Part shown: positions 29,856 to 39,032 of the stretch, in pieces
How the letters are laid out: every line of letters starts with the position of its first letter
Numbering within the stretch: the stretch's first letter is position 1
DNA from: Verrucomicrobiota bacterium
GTDB lineage: Bacteria; Verrucomicrobiota; Verrucomicrobiia; JABWAM01
NCBI GenBank assembly: GCA_013288215.1
Contig: JABDCI010000003.1
Span: forward strand, 4,713-68,712
Direction: 5' to 3'
DNA: 64,000 nt
Translations under genes and position numbers: made by a program
Notes under the pieces: generated by a model
What the model was told of the DNA's origin: nothing
The model's database searches: none
What the model saw: the letters and a program-made list of their open reading frames with translations, nothing else

Positions 29856-30410
29856 ATGAAAATTCCATCCTCGCTCAAACTTCTTCCCATCCTGTTTTTC
29901 GCTTTCCTTCTCGCTGGCTGTGCCGACAAGAGACCCCCTGGACCAACGGGTGACGCCGGAAATATCGATGGAACGACGGGCGATGTGGTCTCTCCCGAAG
30001 ATGCAGGAACGGCAGGAGGAGCCTCACACCCTGAAGGACATCGCCTGACGGCGGTCACGCCCGAAAATGCCACTTACGATAAGTTTGCAGCGATCCATTT
30101 TGACTACGACAGCGCCACCATCCGCAGCGAAGATCGCAAAACCCTCGAAGACATTGCGGCGTGGCTGAAAGAGGATGGCTCCCGTCAAATTCTGGTCGCC
30201 GGACATTGCGACAAGCGCGGCACTCTTGAATACAATCGGGCCTTGGGACAGCGTCGTGCTTCCGCAGCACGGGATTATCTCATCAAACTCGGGGCCAATG
30301 CCAATAATGTGGGCACCGTGAGCTTTGGCGAAGAAAAACCCATCGCACAGGGTAACGATGAATCCGCCTACTCGCAAAATCGCCGCGACGAATTTGGAGT
30401 GTCCAAATGA
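29856..30410 (+). CDS. pal: Peptidoglycan-associated lipoprotein (OmpA-family)
   Basis: Lipobox LLAGC at the N-terminus. OmpA-like domain [23 protein letters not shown]...[20 protein letters not shown]. The ORF is open from 29796. Confidence 0.85.
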   Translation: MKIPSSLKLLPILFFAFLLAGCADKRPPGPTGDAGNIDGTTGDVVSPEDAGTAGGASHPEGHRLTAVTPENATYDKFAAIHFDYDSATIRSEDRKTLEDIAAWLKEDGSRQILVAGHCDKRGTLEYNRALGQRRASAARDYLIKLGANANNVGTVSFGEEKPIAQGNDESAYSQNRRDEFGVSK

Positions 30411-30646
30411 CACCTCCGATTGTGATCGCTTGGGGGATGCCAAGTGGGGGTGAGCTCATCATCGTTTTTGTGATTATCCTGCTCCTCTTTGGGGCCAAAC
30501 GCTTGCCGGAACTCGCCCGCTCCCTGGGCCAGGCGAAAAAGGAATTCCAGAAGGCCACCAGGGAAGCGAGCGATGAGATCACAAAGCTCGCCGATAACGA
30601 TAAGCCTGCGAATCCGAATAACAAAACGGACGTCCATCCCCAGTAA
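30407..30646 (+). CDS. tatA: Twin-arginine translocase subunit TatA/E
   Basis: [34 protein letters not shown] is the TatA TM plus amphipathic-helix signature. ATGA overlap with pal; an alternative ATG is at 30437. Confidence 0.8.
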   Translation: MTPPIVIAWGMPSGGELIIVFVIILLLFGAKRLPELARSLGQAKKEFQKATREASDEITKLADNDKPANPNNKTDVHPQ

Positions 30647-30658
30647 AGAAACCTTTCT

Positions 30659-30689
30659 CACACTCCTCCTTCCCTCAAGGAAGAGTGTG
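30659..30689. terminator. Imperfect GC-containing hairpin between convergent tatA and the DUF1328 gene
   Basis: CACACTC-(CTCC bulge)-TTCC-CTCA-GGAA-GAGTGTG followed by CTTTC. A possible intrinsic terminator, but the U-tract is weak. Confidence 0.35.
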
Positions 30690-30738
30690 CTTTCATGCTC
30701 GGCCGCTTGTCATGGCCCGAGACACTAAGTTGATCGCG

Positions 30739-30900
30739 CTAAACAGCTCTGCGTCCGAACAATAGGCTGATGACAAACAGGATCAAGAACAGCCCAAAGA
30801 GCATTTTGGCAATGCCCGCAGCCACTCCCGCGATTCCTCCAAATCCCAGCACCGCCGCAATGATGGCGATCACCAGGAATGTAATAGACCAACTTAACAT
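30739..30900 (-). CDS. DUF1328/UPF0391 small membrane protein (YtjA-like)
   Basis: 53 aa: [51 protein letters not shown]. The longer 127-aa ORF extension overlaps purU and is not credible. Confidence 0.75.
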   Translation of the reverse strand: MLSWSITFLVIAIIAAVLGFGGIAGVAAGIAKMLFGLFLILFVISLLFGRRAV

Positions 30901-31024
30901 AAATATTCTCCTGTTGAGGCTTGTTAATGGAACATAGGCTACGGGCGGCTTCCGCGAAACGGACGACGGTCCCTCTTTTTCGATAGGAAAAACCCTGAAT
31001 AGCTCGGAAGCAATGTCGAGCAGA

Positions 31025-31870
31025 TCAGACGTTATGAACCACGCCCCAGTGGATATCCAAACGCTTTTTAAGACAAAGCTGAATTGCGCGAACGAGGGTC
31101 TTCGCTTCGATCTGGCGGCCACGCTTTACAATTTCAGCCATCGACGCGCCGGGTGAAACACGAAATGCGTCCTGGCAAATAATAGGCCCCTCATCCAGAT
31201 CCATGGTGACGATATGAGCGCTCACTCCCACGATTTTCACACCGCGCTCATAGGCCTGACGGTACGCTGAGGCACCCGGAAATGCCGGCAAAAGTGAAGG
31301 ATGAATGTTGATGATCTTGTTTTTGTGGCGCCAAACGAAATTCGGCGAAAGGATCTTCATAAACCGGGCGAGGACGATCCAATCAATGGCCTGCTCTTCG
31401 AGTTCCGCCAGAATCTTCCCTTCCGCCTTTTCTCGATCTGCATAATCCGCATGCAAGAATGGCGCTCCGATGCGAGCGGCAATCGGCTGCAGCACTTTGT
31501 GATTGCTGACAACAAGTCCTATCTCAGCCGGAATTTTCCGGGCCTTCACCGCCCTCACAACGGCTTCAGGACATTCTGGCTCGCGGGTCACAAACAACGC
31601 CATGCGTTGCTTCGCATGCGCCTCCAGGAATCGGACTCTCACTTCCATCCGCAGTTCCTGCCCAAGGCGGTGAATTCCACTTTCCACCCGGGCGCGATCC
31701 AGTGGAACGGTCGACCATGACGCCTGAAGCGTCATATTAAATTGTCCGCGCATGACCTGCTGTTCGATCTCCTCGATATTTGCTCCGCTCTGGAAAAGAT
31801 ATTGGGTGACGCGCGCGACGACACCCGTGCGGTCGCGGCCGATGACGCTGATGTTCGCGACAGATTTCAT
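31025..31870 (-). CDS. purU: Formyltetrahydrofolate deformylase
   Basis: N-terminal ACT domain ([17 protein letters not shown]) plus a formyltransferase core ([35 protein letters not shown]). Confidence 0.9.
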   Translation of the reverse strand: MKSVANISVIGRDRTGVVARVTQYLFQSGANIEEIEQQVMRGQFNMTLQASWSTVPLDRARVESGIHRLGQELRMEVRVRFLEAHAKQRMALFVTREPECPEAVVRAVKARKIPAEIGLVVSNHKVLQPIAARIGAPFLHADYADREKAEGKILAELEEQAIDWIVLARFMKILSPNFVWRHKNKIINIHPSLLPAFPGASAYRQAYERGVKIVGVSAHIVTMDLDEGPIICQDAFRVSPGASMAEIVKRGRQIEAKTLVRAIQLCLKKRLDIHWGVVHNV

Positions 31871-31925
31871 GATGTGAACCTCATCCAGTTTCTTTTAGTC
31901 TGCCATGTTTCTGAAATGAAAAGCA

Positions 31926-32417
31926 TCACGAGCTGAGCATGGTCGCGAAATGAGGTTTCCAAGCGACGATATGGGGCCAGTGATGAAGGGCGGCATGCAT
32001 GAGAAGACAGGAATAAACAGCAGCAACGAGGTCGTCCATCATGATTCCCCATCCTGCCGGAAGCTTCTCAAGACGATGACAAGGCCAAAGCTTGATCGTA
32101 TCCATAAGACGGTTGAGAAAAAAACCAAGCAGCATCGTTCCCCACGTGACGGGAATAAGAAACATGGTAATGGGAAATGCGACAATTTCGTCGATGACGA
32201 TCTGGCCCGGATCCTTCCTGCCAAACTCTTTTTCGGCAACTCCGGCCAGATGGACTCCCGCCAATGCCAGCGGCAGGATGGCCAGTGCATAAAGCATGGG
32301 AGGCAGTGGTTGCATCGCCCAGCAAAGGAGCATGCCCGGGAAAGTTCCCCAACTGCCGGGCCCGATGGGCAGATAACCCGTCCCGAATCCGGTCGCGATC
32401 CATTTTTTCCAATTCAT
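31926..32417 (-). CDS. pgpA: Phosphatidylglycerophosphatase A
   Basis: 163 aa with ATGFGTGYLPIGPGSWGTFPG and DKLPAGWGIMMDD-type C-terminal motifs. Confidence 0.85.
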   Translation of the reverse strand: MNWKKWIATGFGTGYLPIGPGSWGTFPGMLLCWAMQPLPPMLYALAILPLALAGVHLAGVAEKEFGRKDPGQIVIDEIVAFPITMFLIPVTWGTMLLGFFLNRLMDTIKLWPCHRLEKLPAGWGIMMDDLVAAVYSCLLMHAALHHWPHIVAWKPHFATMLSS

Positions 32418-32554
32418 TCTTTAAGCTAAAAAAAGAAGGCGCAAATCAACATGAATGGAACTCTCACTCCCGGGTTCTCATGGACTTGTTGCCATCGTAA
32501 AAGTCTGTCTCTTCCTCCATCTGCATCTGTGACTCAAAAAGAATCTCCGTCGAG

Positions 32555-32628
32555 TCGGGCCGGCGAGATTTGAACTCGCGACCTTCTGCGCCCAAGGCAG
32601 ACGCGCTACCAAACTGCGCTACGGCCCG
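32555..32628 (-). tRNA. tRNA-Pro (anticodon UGG)
   Basis: Manual cloverleaf on the minus strand: acceptor CGGGCCG/CGGCCCG (C1-G72), D stem GCGC/GCGC, anticodon stem TCTGC/GCAGA with loop CT-TGG-GC, T arm GCGAG-TTCAAAT-CTCGC, discriminator A. Confidence 0.9.
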
Positions 32629-32702
32629 GCTCGACGGAGGACTTTCCTTCCTTCACGGAATTTATTATAACGATCTCGTGCTGAAAAAACGATAGGCTGA
32701 GC

Positions 32703-33551
32703 GTGCATCCGGTTCAATCCAGAAATCTTTCCCCGTTCTTCCGGATCTTTGCCTTTTCGCCATGGCTCGTCACCCTTCTCGGTTTCTGCCTTGCCGTCAC
32801 CCTCCACGCGGCAAACGACTTTCAGACGGACAATCCGAAACTCGTCATCGAGCTCGATAACGATGTCATGCGCAACATCAACGCCGATTCGAGGGAGCGA
32901 GTCTTTGAGGCGCAGGCCTGGATCCGAAATTATTATCAGGATTGGCAGTGGAAATTCGAAAGACTTCATCGAAACATCCACGTGACACTGATTCCGATGG
33001 AACGACAAATCAACGTCTACGGCATTCCCGCAGAGGGACTCTGGACCTGGAGCGAGTTCAACAATGAGGAAGGCTCTCTTGCCCTCGGAATCGTCGGCGA
33101 CATCCGGGTGAATCTCAACAGCACTTACATCTCACAGGAGGCGCTGGTTGCCCACGAATCAAGCCATGCATTCCTGCTGGCGTACTGCCCCAAATTGCTC
33201 GAGACGGGCGCCGATTTCCGTTGTTATAACGAGGGCCTCGCAGAACTCTTTGCCATCGACTACGAAAAAAATCCGTGGCGCCGATGGCCGGAACTCATCG
33301 CCGCCCAAAAACGTCACCAACCCTTCGACGAAACCGAACTCTCCTCCTTCGCCCGCCGAATCCTTCATGTGATGAACCGTAAGCCTCAATGCTCCCACGA
33401 TCTTGGATTCTTTTACCTTTATGTCGTGCGGAACAGCAAAGTGAATCTTGAGAAAGACCTTAAGGAATGTAATAACGACTTTATTAAAAGCGCGGTCAAT
33501 CAATGGCTGGATTCGAATGGTCCCTCGTACGATTTGCCAATGATTAATTAG
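32703..33551 (+). CDS. Hypothetical secreted protein with an HExxH motif (possible zinc metallopeptidase)
   Basis: 282 aa with a GTG start and signal-like FFRIFAFSPWLVTLLGFCLAVTLHA. There is a single LVAHESSHAFLL (HExxH). I recognise no other family signature. Confidence 0.4.
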   Translation: MHPVQSRNLSPFFRIFAFSPWLVTLLGFCLAVTLHAANDFQTDNPKLVIELDNDVMRNINADSRERVFEAQAWIRNYYQDWQWKFERLHRNIHVTLIPMERQINVYGIPAEGLWTWSEFNNEEGSLALGIVGDIRVNLNSTYISQEALVAHESSHAFLLAYCPKLLETGADFRCYNEGLAELFAIDYEKNPWRRWPELIAAQKRHQPFDETELSSFARRILHVMNRKPQCSHDLGFFYLYVVRNSKVNLEKDLKECNNDFIKSAVNQWLDSNGPSYDLPMIN

Positions 33552-33604
33552 TTCCAGCAACCCTCGTTGAAGGTTGAGAGATTCATTCAATCTCCCCTCC
33601 TGCC

Positions 33605-35584
33605 TTATTGATAAACGTCCACTTCGAGTTCCTGGTAGCACGATTTCGAAAGGTCCTGGAGGAAACGTGATTTTTTTTGGAATGCGTCCCCGTAGTCTCC
33701 GCTCAGCTTGATTTGAGGGTGAATCAAATAGAGCTCGTCTTTCGCCCGCGTCACGGCGACATAAAACAACCGTCGCTCTTCCTCCTCGCCTTCCATGCTT
33801 TCCAGGGCGCGTGTATTGGGGAAGCAGCCTTCCGTCAGCCAAAGGACAAAGACCACGGGAAATTCCTGGCCTTTTGCCTGGTGCACCGTGCTGAGCCGAA
33901 CAGCTTCCTCATCCTTTGAATTTGGCCCGTCCTCCTGGACTTCGACATTTGTCATCAATGCCAATTCGGCAAGCAACTCTTCGGTGCCGTCAAAGCGTGA
34001 GGCGTAATTTGCGAGCTGCTCCACATCTTCCTTGCGTGAAGAATAGTTGTCGTATTTGGCCTGCAGGTAATCGTCATAGCTCGCTTCCATCACCATGCGA
34101 ATCATCTCGTCGGGAGAATTTTTAAGATTTGGTTCGCGCAATTGCTTCATCGTCTCGGCAAATTGCTGCCACTCCTTCTGCGCCAGCTTGGGAACAAGGT
34201 TTATAAGCTGGCCGTAATCAAACAGAGTTTCGGCAACCGGCAATTCCCCCTCCGATTTGGATCGCGCGGATTCCACCTGTGCGAGCGCCTTTCGCCAGAG
34301 CTTCACCGCCGTAACGTTGCCGATCTTGGGCATCATCAACGCAATGCGTTTAAACGCGAGTTCATCGCGCGGATTCAACGCGAGCTTCAGATACGCCGCA
34401 ACATCCTTGATGTGCGCCTGCTCGAAAAATCGAAGGCCGCTCGTAATGAAGAACGGGATGTTGCGACGCGTCAGTTCCATTTGCAATTCCATGGAATGAT
34501 AATGGGATCGGTAGAGCACCGCCATGCCATTGAGCGGGATGCCCTGATCGCGCAACTCCAACATTTGCGTCGCCACAAAGACAGCCTGCTCGGACGCGTT
34601 GAGCACCGGCACCACCTGCGGTTTGAGGCCATCATTTCGGGTCGCCCGCAGCGTTTTTTCGAATTGATTGGCATTGGCGCGGATCGCCTCATTCGCCAGA
34701 CCGAGAATCTGCGGCGTGCTTCGATAGTTTTGTTCGATCTTGAATACCCGCGCTTTCGGATAGCGCTTCGGAAACTCCATGATGTTTCGGAAATTCGCGC
34801 CACGCCAGCTGTAGATGCTCTGCGCATCGTCCCCTACAACCATCACGTTCTGATGTCGTGCGGAAAAGAGGTCCACGATGTCCGACTGAATGCGGTTCGT
34901 ATCCTGATATTCGTCGACGAGAATGGAAAGAAACTGGCGGCCATAAAGTTCGGCAATCTCAGGGTGTCCTCTCAAGAGCATGAGGAGATTGGAAAGCAAG
35001 TCGTCGTAATCCATCACATTAGCCTGCTTCTTGCGTTCAATGTAGAGCCTCCTCACGTTGGCAACCTGCTCGATGACATCGGAAAAATAAATGTAGTTCG
35101 TTTTGACGATTTCAGCGAGGGCACGCTCCGTATTCACCGCGAGACTGAACGCTTCGATCAGCACATCGGCCTTCGGAAAGCGGCGCTCCTTGACGTTGAT
35201 TCCTGCTTCGGGAATGCATGCGTTGATCAGGTCCTTGCAATCCTCGCGATCGAGAATCGCGTAACCAGAACTATAGCCGAGCAGTTTTGCATGGCGGCGG
35301 AGAATGCGGTTGGCAATGGAATGGAAGGTGCCGCCCCAAAGCTTCGATCCATCCGCAGGCAAAACGTTGCTGACGCGATGAAGCATTTCGCGTGCTGCTT
35401 TATTCGTGAAAGTGAGGAGGAGCAACCGGTCTGGCGGCAGTCCGTTTTCGATGAGATAAGCCACTCGATAGGTCAGCGTGCGGGTCTTGCCGCTGCCAGC
35501 GCCCGCGATCACAAGAATAGGACCTGGGTCGGCCCTCACTGCGGCAAGTTGCTGGGAATTGAGTTCTTTCTCGTAATCGATCAT
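33605..35584 (-). CDS. UvrD/PcrA/Rep-family ATP-dependent DNA helicase
   Basis: 659 aa. Contains LNSQQLAAV, Walker A AGAGSGKT, motif II VDEYQDTN, SWRGA, and C-terminal VTRAKDELYL. Confidence 0.88.
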   Translation of the reverse strand: MIDYEKELNSQQLAAVRADPGPILVIAGAGSGKTRTLTYRVAYLIENGLPPDRLLLLTFTNKAAREMLHRVSNVLPADGSKLWGGTFHSIANRILRRHAKLLGYSSGYAILDREDCKDLINACIPEAGINVKERRFPKADVLIEAFSLAVNTERALAEIVKTNYIYFSDVIEQVANVRRLYIERKKQANVMDYDDLLSNLLMLLRGHPEIAELYGRQFLSILVDEYQDTNRIQSDIVDLFSARHQNVMVVGDDAQSIYSWRGANFRNIMEFPKRYPKARVFKIEQNYRSTPQILGLANEAIRANANQFEKTLRATRNDGLKPQVVPVLNASEQAVFVATQMLELRDQGIPLNGMAVLYRSHYHSMELQMELTRRNIPFFITSGLRFFEQAHIKDVAAYLKLALNPRDELAFKRIALMMPKIGNVTAVKLWRKALAQVESARSKSEGELPVAETLFDYGQLINLVPKLAQKEWQQFAETMKQLREPNLKNSPDEMIRMVMEASYDDYLQAKYDNYSSRKEDVEQLANYASRFDGTEELLAELALMTNVEVQEDGPNSKDEEAVRLSTVHQAKGQEFPVVFVLWLTEGCFPNTRALESMEGEEEERRLFYVAVTRAKDELYLIHPQIKLSGDYGDAFQKKSRFLQDLSKSCYQELEVDVYQ

Positions 35585-35783
35585 CGAACCAAAATGACAG
35601 ATTCAATTCACGATTTCACGCGAAACATTCGATTCATGAAGAACAGAGGTGATTGGGAATGGGAACATCCTCTCAAGAGACCGGAGGGCCGGGCAAACCA
35701 AAGGAACCACGCAACTCGAGTCTTTCCAAAAATCGACGGTTGGGGCATGCTGAAAAAGCCGTCCCCGCCTTCACATACTCCGC

Positions 35784-36773
35784 ATGACCCTGCCGCGACT
35801 TGATCCCCATCAAAGATCGATTGATTATCTACGCATCTCCATCACGGACCGATGCAATGAACGATGCCTTTATTGCATGCCTGAGGGACTCGTGGAATGG
35901 AAGGAACGCCATGAAATCCTCACCTACGAAGAAATCCTGCGCATCGCGCGCGTTGCCGCAAGAATCGGTTTTCGCAAATTTCGTGTCACGGGCGGAGAGC
36001 CGCTGATCCGCAAGGATGTCGTTCCTTTTCTTTCCGAACTGGCCCGCCTTCCGGGCATCCAATCACTGGGAGTTTCCACGAATGGGACGCGCTTATCCGT
36101 ACTCGCCAAAGATCTTCACAAAGCCGGCGTTCAGACCCTGAATATCAGCCTCGATGCGCTCACTCCCTCGGTTTACCACCAGATCACCAAAGGCGATGTG
36201 CATGCCGTCGTCGACGGAATCCATGCTGCGCTCAAGGCTGGATTTGAACGCATCAAGCTCAATACCGTTCTCATACGCGGCTTGAATGAAGACGAAATCT
36301 GGCCACTGATCCATTTTGCCGGAGAACACGGACTCATCCTGCGCTTCATCGAATTGATGCCCATCAGTACAACCGACGTCCTCACGGATGCCAACTTCCT
36401 GGGCGCAGGCGAAGTGATCCGCCGCCTAAGCCAGAGGGATCGCCTGATTCCCTTGGAAACCGTTCGGCTCGGACATGGCCCGGCCCGTTATTATCGCCTC
36501 GAACAAAACGCGGTGACGATCGGATTCATCGGAGTCATGACCAATCTCCATTTCTGCGAGGCATGCAACAAGGTGCGGCTCACGGCGGATGGCAAGTTGC
36601 GTCCCTGCCTTGGAAACCACCTTGAAGTCGATGTCCGCGAGCCCATGCGCCACGGCGCCACGGATGAGGAAATAGAGCACATTTTCGAACAGACGCTGCT
36701 CGACAAGCCATTAGAGCACACGTTTCGCGACCAATATCAACCTGCTCGCCGCATGCATGCCATTGGTGGATGA
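35784..36773 (+). CDS. moaA: GTP 3',8-cyclase (radical SAM)
   Basis: YLRISITDRCNERCLYCMP (CxxxCxxC), and a C-terminal Cys cluster (CEACNKVRLTADGKLRPCL). Confidence 0.92.
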   Translation: MTLPRLDPHQRSIDYLRISITDRCNERCLYCMPEGLVEWKERHEILTYEEILRIARVAARIGFRKFRVTGGEPLIRKDVVPFLSELARLPGIQSLGVSTNGTRLSVLAKDLHKAGVQTLNISLDALTPSVYHQITKGDVHAVVDGIHAALKAGFERIKLNTVLIRGLNEDEIWPLIHFAGEHGLILRFIELMPISTTDVLTDANFLGAGEVIRRLSQRDRLIPLETVRLGHGPARYYRLEQNAVTIGFIGVMTNLHFCEACNKVRLTADGKLRPCLGNHLEVDVREPMRHGATDEEIEHIFEQTLLDKPLEHTFRDQYQPARRMHAIGG

Positions 36774-37399
36774 AGATGGGCTTTCGGAAATTCAAATCCA
36801 TTTGTGCAGCGCCGCTTTACGGGCTTGTTCTTTGCGGCGGACGGAGCGCGCGCATGGGCCGGGCCAAAGCTGCCCTCCGCTATCACGACGAAATTCAGTC
36901 CCACCATTGCTATTCCTTGCTCTCCTCGGTATGCGAAAGGACTTTCGTTTCCATCCGCGCCACACAACGCTCCCATGCCGCCTTCCGATACCTCGAGCAG
37001 ATTCATGACGCCTTCCCTGGGAAAGGTCCCCTCAATGGGCTCTTGTCCGCCATGACGAGCTTTCCCAAAGCGGCCTGGCTCGTCATCGCGTGCGACATGC
37101 CTTTCCTCAACATCCCTCTTTTGGAAGAGCTTATCGCATTTCGTGATCCCACCAAGGACGCTACCGCCTTCTCCATCGCTGAATGTAATTTCCCGGAACC
37201 TCTCTGTTCCATTTACGAACCGGGGATTCTGCCTGCCCTGCAAAAGACAGCCCGCGCTTCTCGCGCGAACGGTCTGCGTCACGTTTTCATGGATGCAGAC
37301 ATCCATTGCATCTCATCCGTTCGTTCCGAGGAGCTGCGCAATCTGAACTCTTACGAAGAATATCGTGTGGCAAAACAATCCTTCAGACGCGTGGCATGA
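36770..37399 (+). CDS. mobA: Molybdenum cofactor guanylyltransferase
   Basis: LYGLVLCGGRSARMG N-terminal nucleotide-binding motif and VIACDMPF. ATGA overlap with moaA. Confidence 0.8.
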   Translation: MKMGFRKFKSICAAPLYGLVLCGGRSARMGRAKAALRYHDEIQSHHCYSLLSSVCERTFVSIRATQRSHAAFRYLEQIHDAFPGKGPLNGLLSAMTSFPKAAWLVIACDMPFLNIPLLEELIAFRDPTKDATAFSIAECNFPEPLCSIYEPGILPALQKTARASRANGLRHVFMDADIHCISSVRSEELRNLNSYEEYRVAKQSFRRVA

Positions 37400-37638
37400 A
37401 AGAAATCACGATTCATTACTATGCGTCGCTTCGCGACCTGCGCGGCTGCGCGCAGGAGACCCTTTCGACCGAGGCTGAGAGCGCCTTGCAGCTCTTTGAC
37501 GAACTCCAGCGCGATCAAAAACTGCCGTCCAATCGTTCCCACCTCAAACTTGCCATCAACGACGAATTTCAGGCTTGGGAAACATCTCTTCGCAGTGGCG
37601 ATCGCGTCGCATTTCTTCCACCCTTTGCCGGAGGTTAA
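37396..37638 (+). CDS. moaD: Molybdopterin synthase sulfur-carrier subunit
   Basis: 80 aa of ubiquitin-like size ending in the obligatory C-terminal Gly-Gly (PPFAGG). ATGA overlap with mobA. Confidence 0.8.
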   Translation: MKEITIHYYASLRDLRGCAQETLSTEAESALQLFDELQRDQKLPSNRSHLKLAINDEFQAWETSLRSGDRVAFLPPFAGG

Positions 37639-37639
37639 G

Positions 37640-38080
37640 ATGTTTGAAATCACGACTCATCCCATCGAAGCGGCCGCACTTGGCGGCCATATGCACTCCT
37701 CCAGCTGCGGCGCCGTCGTCACCTTCGAAGGGCGGGTTCGAGATCACAATGAAGGCCAATCCGTCCTTTCGCTTTCCTATGAAGCCTTTGAAAAACTAGC
37801 TGTCAAGGAAGGGGCGAAAATCATCGAAGAAGCCGCCCAGCGCTTTGCGATCAACAAAGCATGCTGCGTGCACCGCATCGGGCACCTGCAGATTGGTGAC
37901 GTCGCCATCTGGGTGGGCGTCTGCGCGGGACATCGTCACGCCGCCTTTCAGGCATGCGAATATGTGATTGAGCAGGTGAAATCACGCGTCCCCATTTGGA
38001 AAAAAGAATTTTATGAGGGAGCGACCTCACACTGGATCCGCATGAACGTCCTCTCCGCCACGGCAAGCGAGCGCTTTTGA
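37640..38080 (+). CDS. moaE: Molybdopterin synthase catalytic subunit
   Basis: 146 aa with GAVVTFEGRVRDHNEG, HRIGHLQIGDVAIWVGV and PIWKKE motifs. It starts 1 nt after the moaD stop. Confidence 0.85.
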   Translation: MFEITTHPIEAAALGGHMHSSSCGAVVTFEGRVRDHNEGQSVLSLSYEAFEKLAVKEGAKIIEEAAQRFAINKACCVHRIGHLQIGDVAIWVGVCAGHRHAAFQACEYVIEQVKSRVPIWKKEFYEGATSHWIRMNVLSATASERF

Positions 38081-38081
38081 T

Positions 38082-39032
38082 ATGACGAAAAATCCCGATC
38101 CTTCAAGTCGCAACGCGGGTGGCATGCGGGATGTCTCTCATAAATTTTCGACCCATCGCACGGCAACCGCCAGCAGTTCGCTTCGCATTGCCCATGCGAC
38201 GGCCATCATGATCCGAAATCAGGCGGTGCCCAAAGGCAACGTTTTCGAGCTCGCCCGCGCCGCTGTTCTTTCCGGCGTGAAGCGCTGCGCAGAACTGGTT
38301 CCCTTCTGCCACACCGTTCCACTCGATGTCGTCATGGTCGAATTCGAGCTCCAAGACGATGCCATCCAGATCACCACGCAAGTCGAGGCGGTGGACCGCA
38401 CGGGAGTCGAAATCGAAGCACTCCTCGCGACCCAGCTGGCCGCTCTCAACCTCTACGATCTCTTGAAACCCGTCGATGAAACGCTCGAAATCGGACCGAC
38501 GCGCCTTCTCAAAAAAACCGGCGGTCACGGGGAATTCCGCGATTCCTTTACACCGAAACTCGAGGCTGCCATTCTTGTCTGTTCGGATTCCACGGCGGCC
38601 GGCAAGCGCAAGGACAAATCAGGTCGCCTGATCCGCGACCGGCTCGCCACGGAAGACGTTCATATCGCGCACTATGACATCCTGCCAGACGACGTGCCCC
38701 AGATCGAAGCATGGCTCAAAGCGAGGAGCGAGCATGGCGCCGATCTTGTCTTCACCACCGGAGGATCAGGTCTCGGACCCCGTGATGTGACGGTGGAAGC
38801 CACACGCAACGTCATTGAAAAGGAAATCCCGGGGATCAGTGAAGCCATGCGTGGACATGGCCGTGCGCGCACGCCCTATGCCATGCTTTCGCGGGGCATC
38901 GCCGGCCTGCGGGGGAAAACACTCATCGTGAATCTCCCTGGAAGCAGTCGCGGCGTGCAAGAATCGCTGGATGCGCTTCTCCCGGGTCTTCTCCATGGTT
39001 TCAAAATGATGCGAGGCGGAGGCCATGAATGA
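38082..39032 (+). CDS. moaC: Bifunctional MoaC (cyclic pyranopterin monophosphate synthase) / MoaB-MogA-type domain fusion
   Basis: The N-terminal half has VPKGNVFELARAAVLSGVKRCAELVPFCH and DRTGVEIEAL (MoaC). The C-terminal half has AAILVCSDS, LVFTTGGSGLGPRDVT and LIVNLPGSSRG (MoaB/MogA fold). Confidence 0.85.
   Translation: MTKNPDPSSRNAGGMRDVSHKFSTHRTATASSSLRIAHATAIMIRNQAVPKGNVFELARAAVLSGVKRCAELVPFCHTVPLDVVMVEFELQDDAIQITTQVEAVDRTGVEIEALLATQLAALNLYDLLKPVDETLEIGPTRLLKKTGGHGEFRDSFTPKLEAAILVCSDSTAAGKRKDKSGRLIRDRLATEDVHIAHYDILPDDVPQIEAWLKARSEHGADLVFTTGGSGLGPRDVTVEATRNVIEKEIPGISEAMRGHGRARTPYAMLSRGIAGLRGKTLIVNLPGSSRGVQESLDALLPGLLHGFKMMRGGGHE

Noticed and set aside
34142-35803. 553-aa ORF on the plus strand.
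   Set aside because: It is antisense to the UvrD/PcrA-type helicase, which carries all the helicase motifs. The antisense product is low-complexity and runs into the moaA start.
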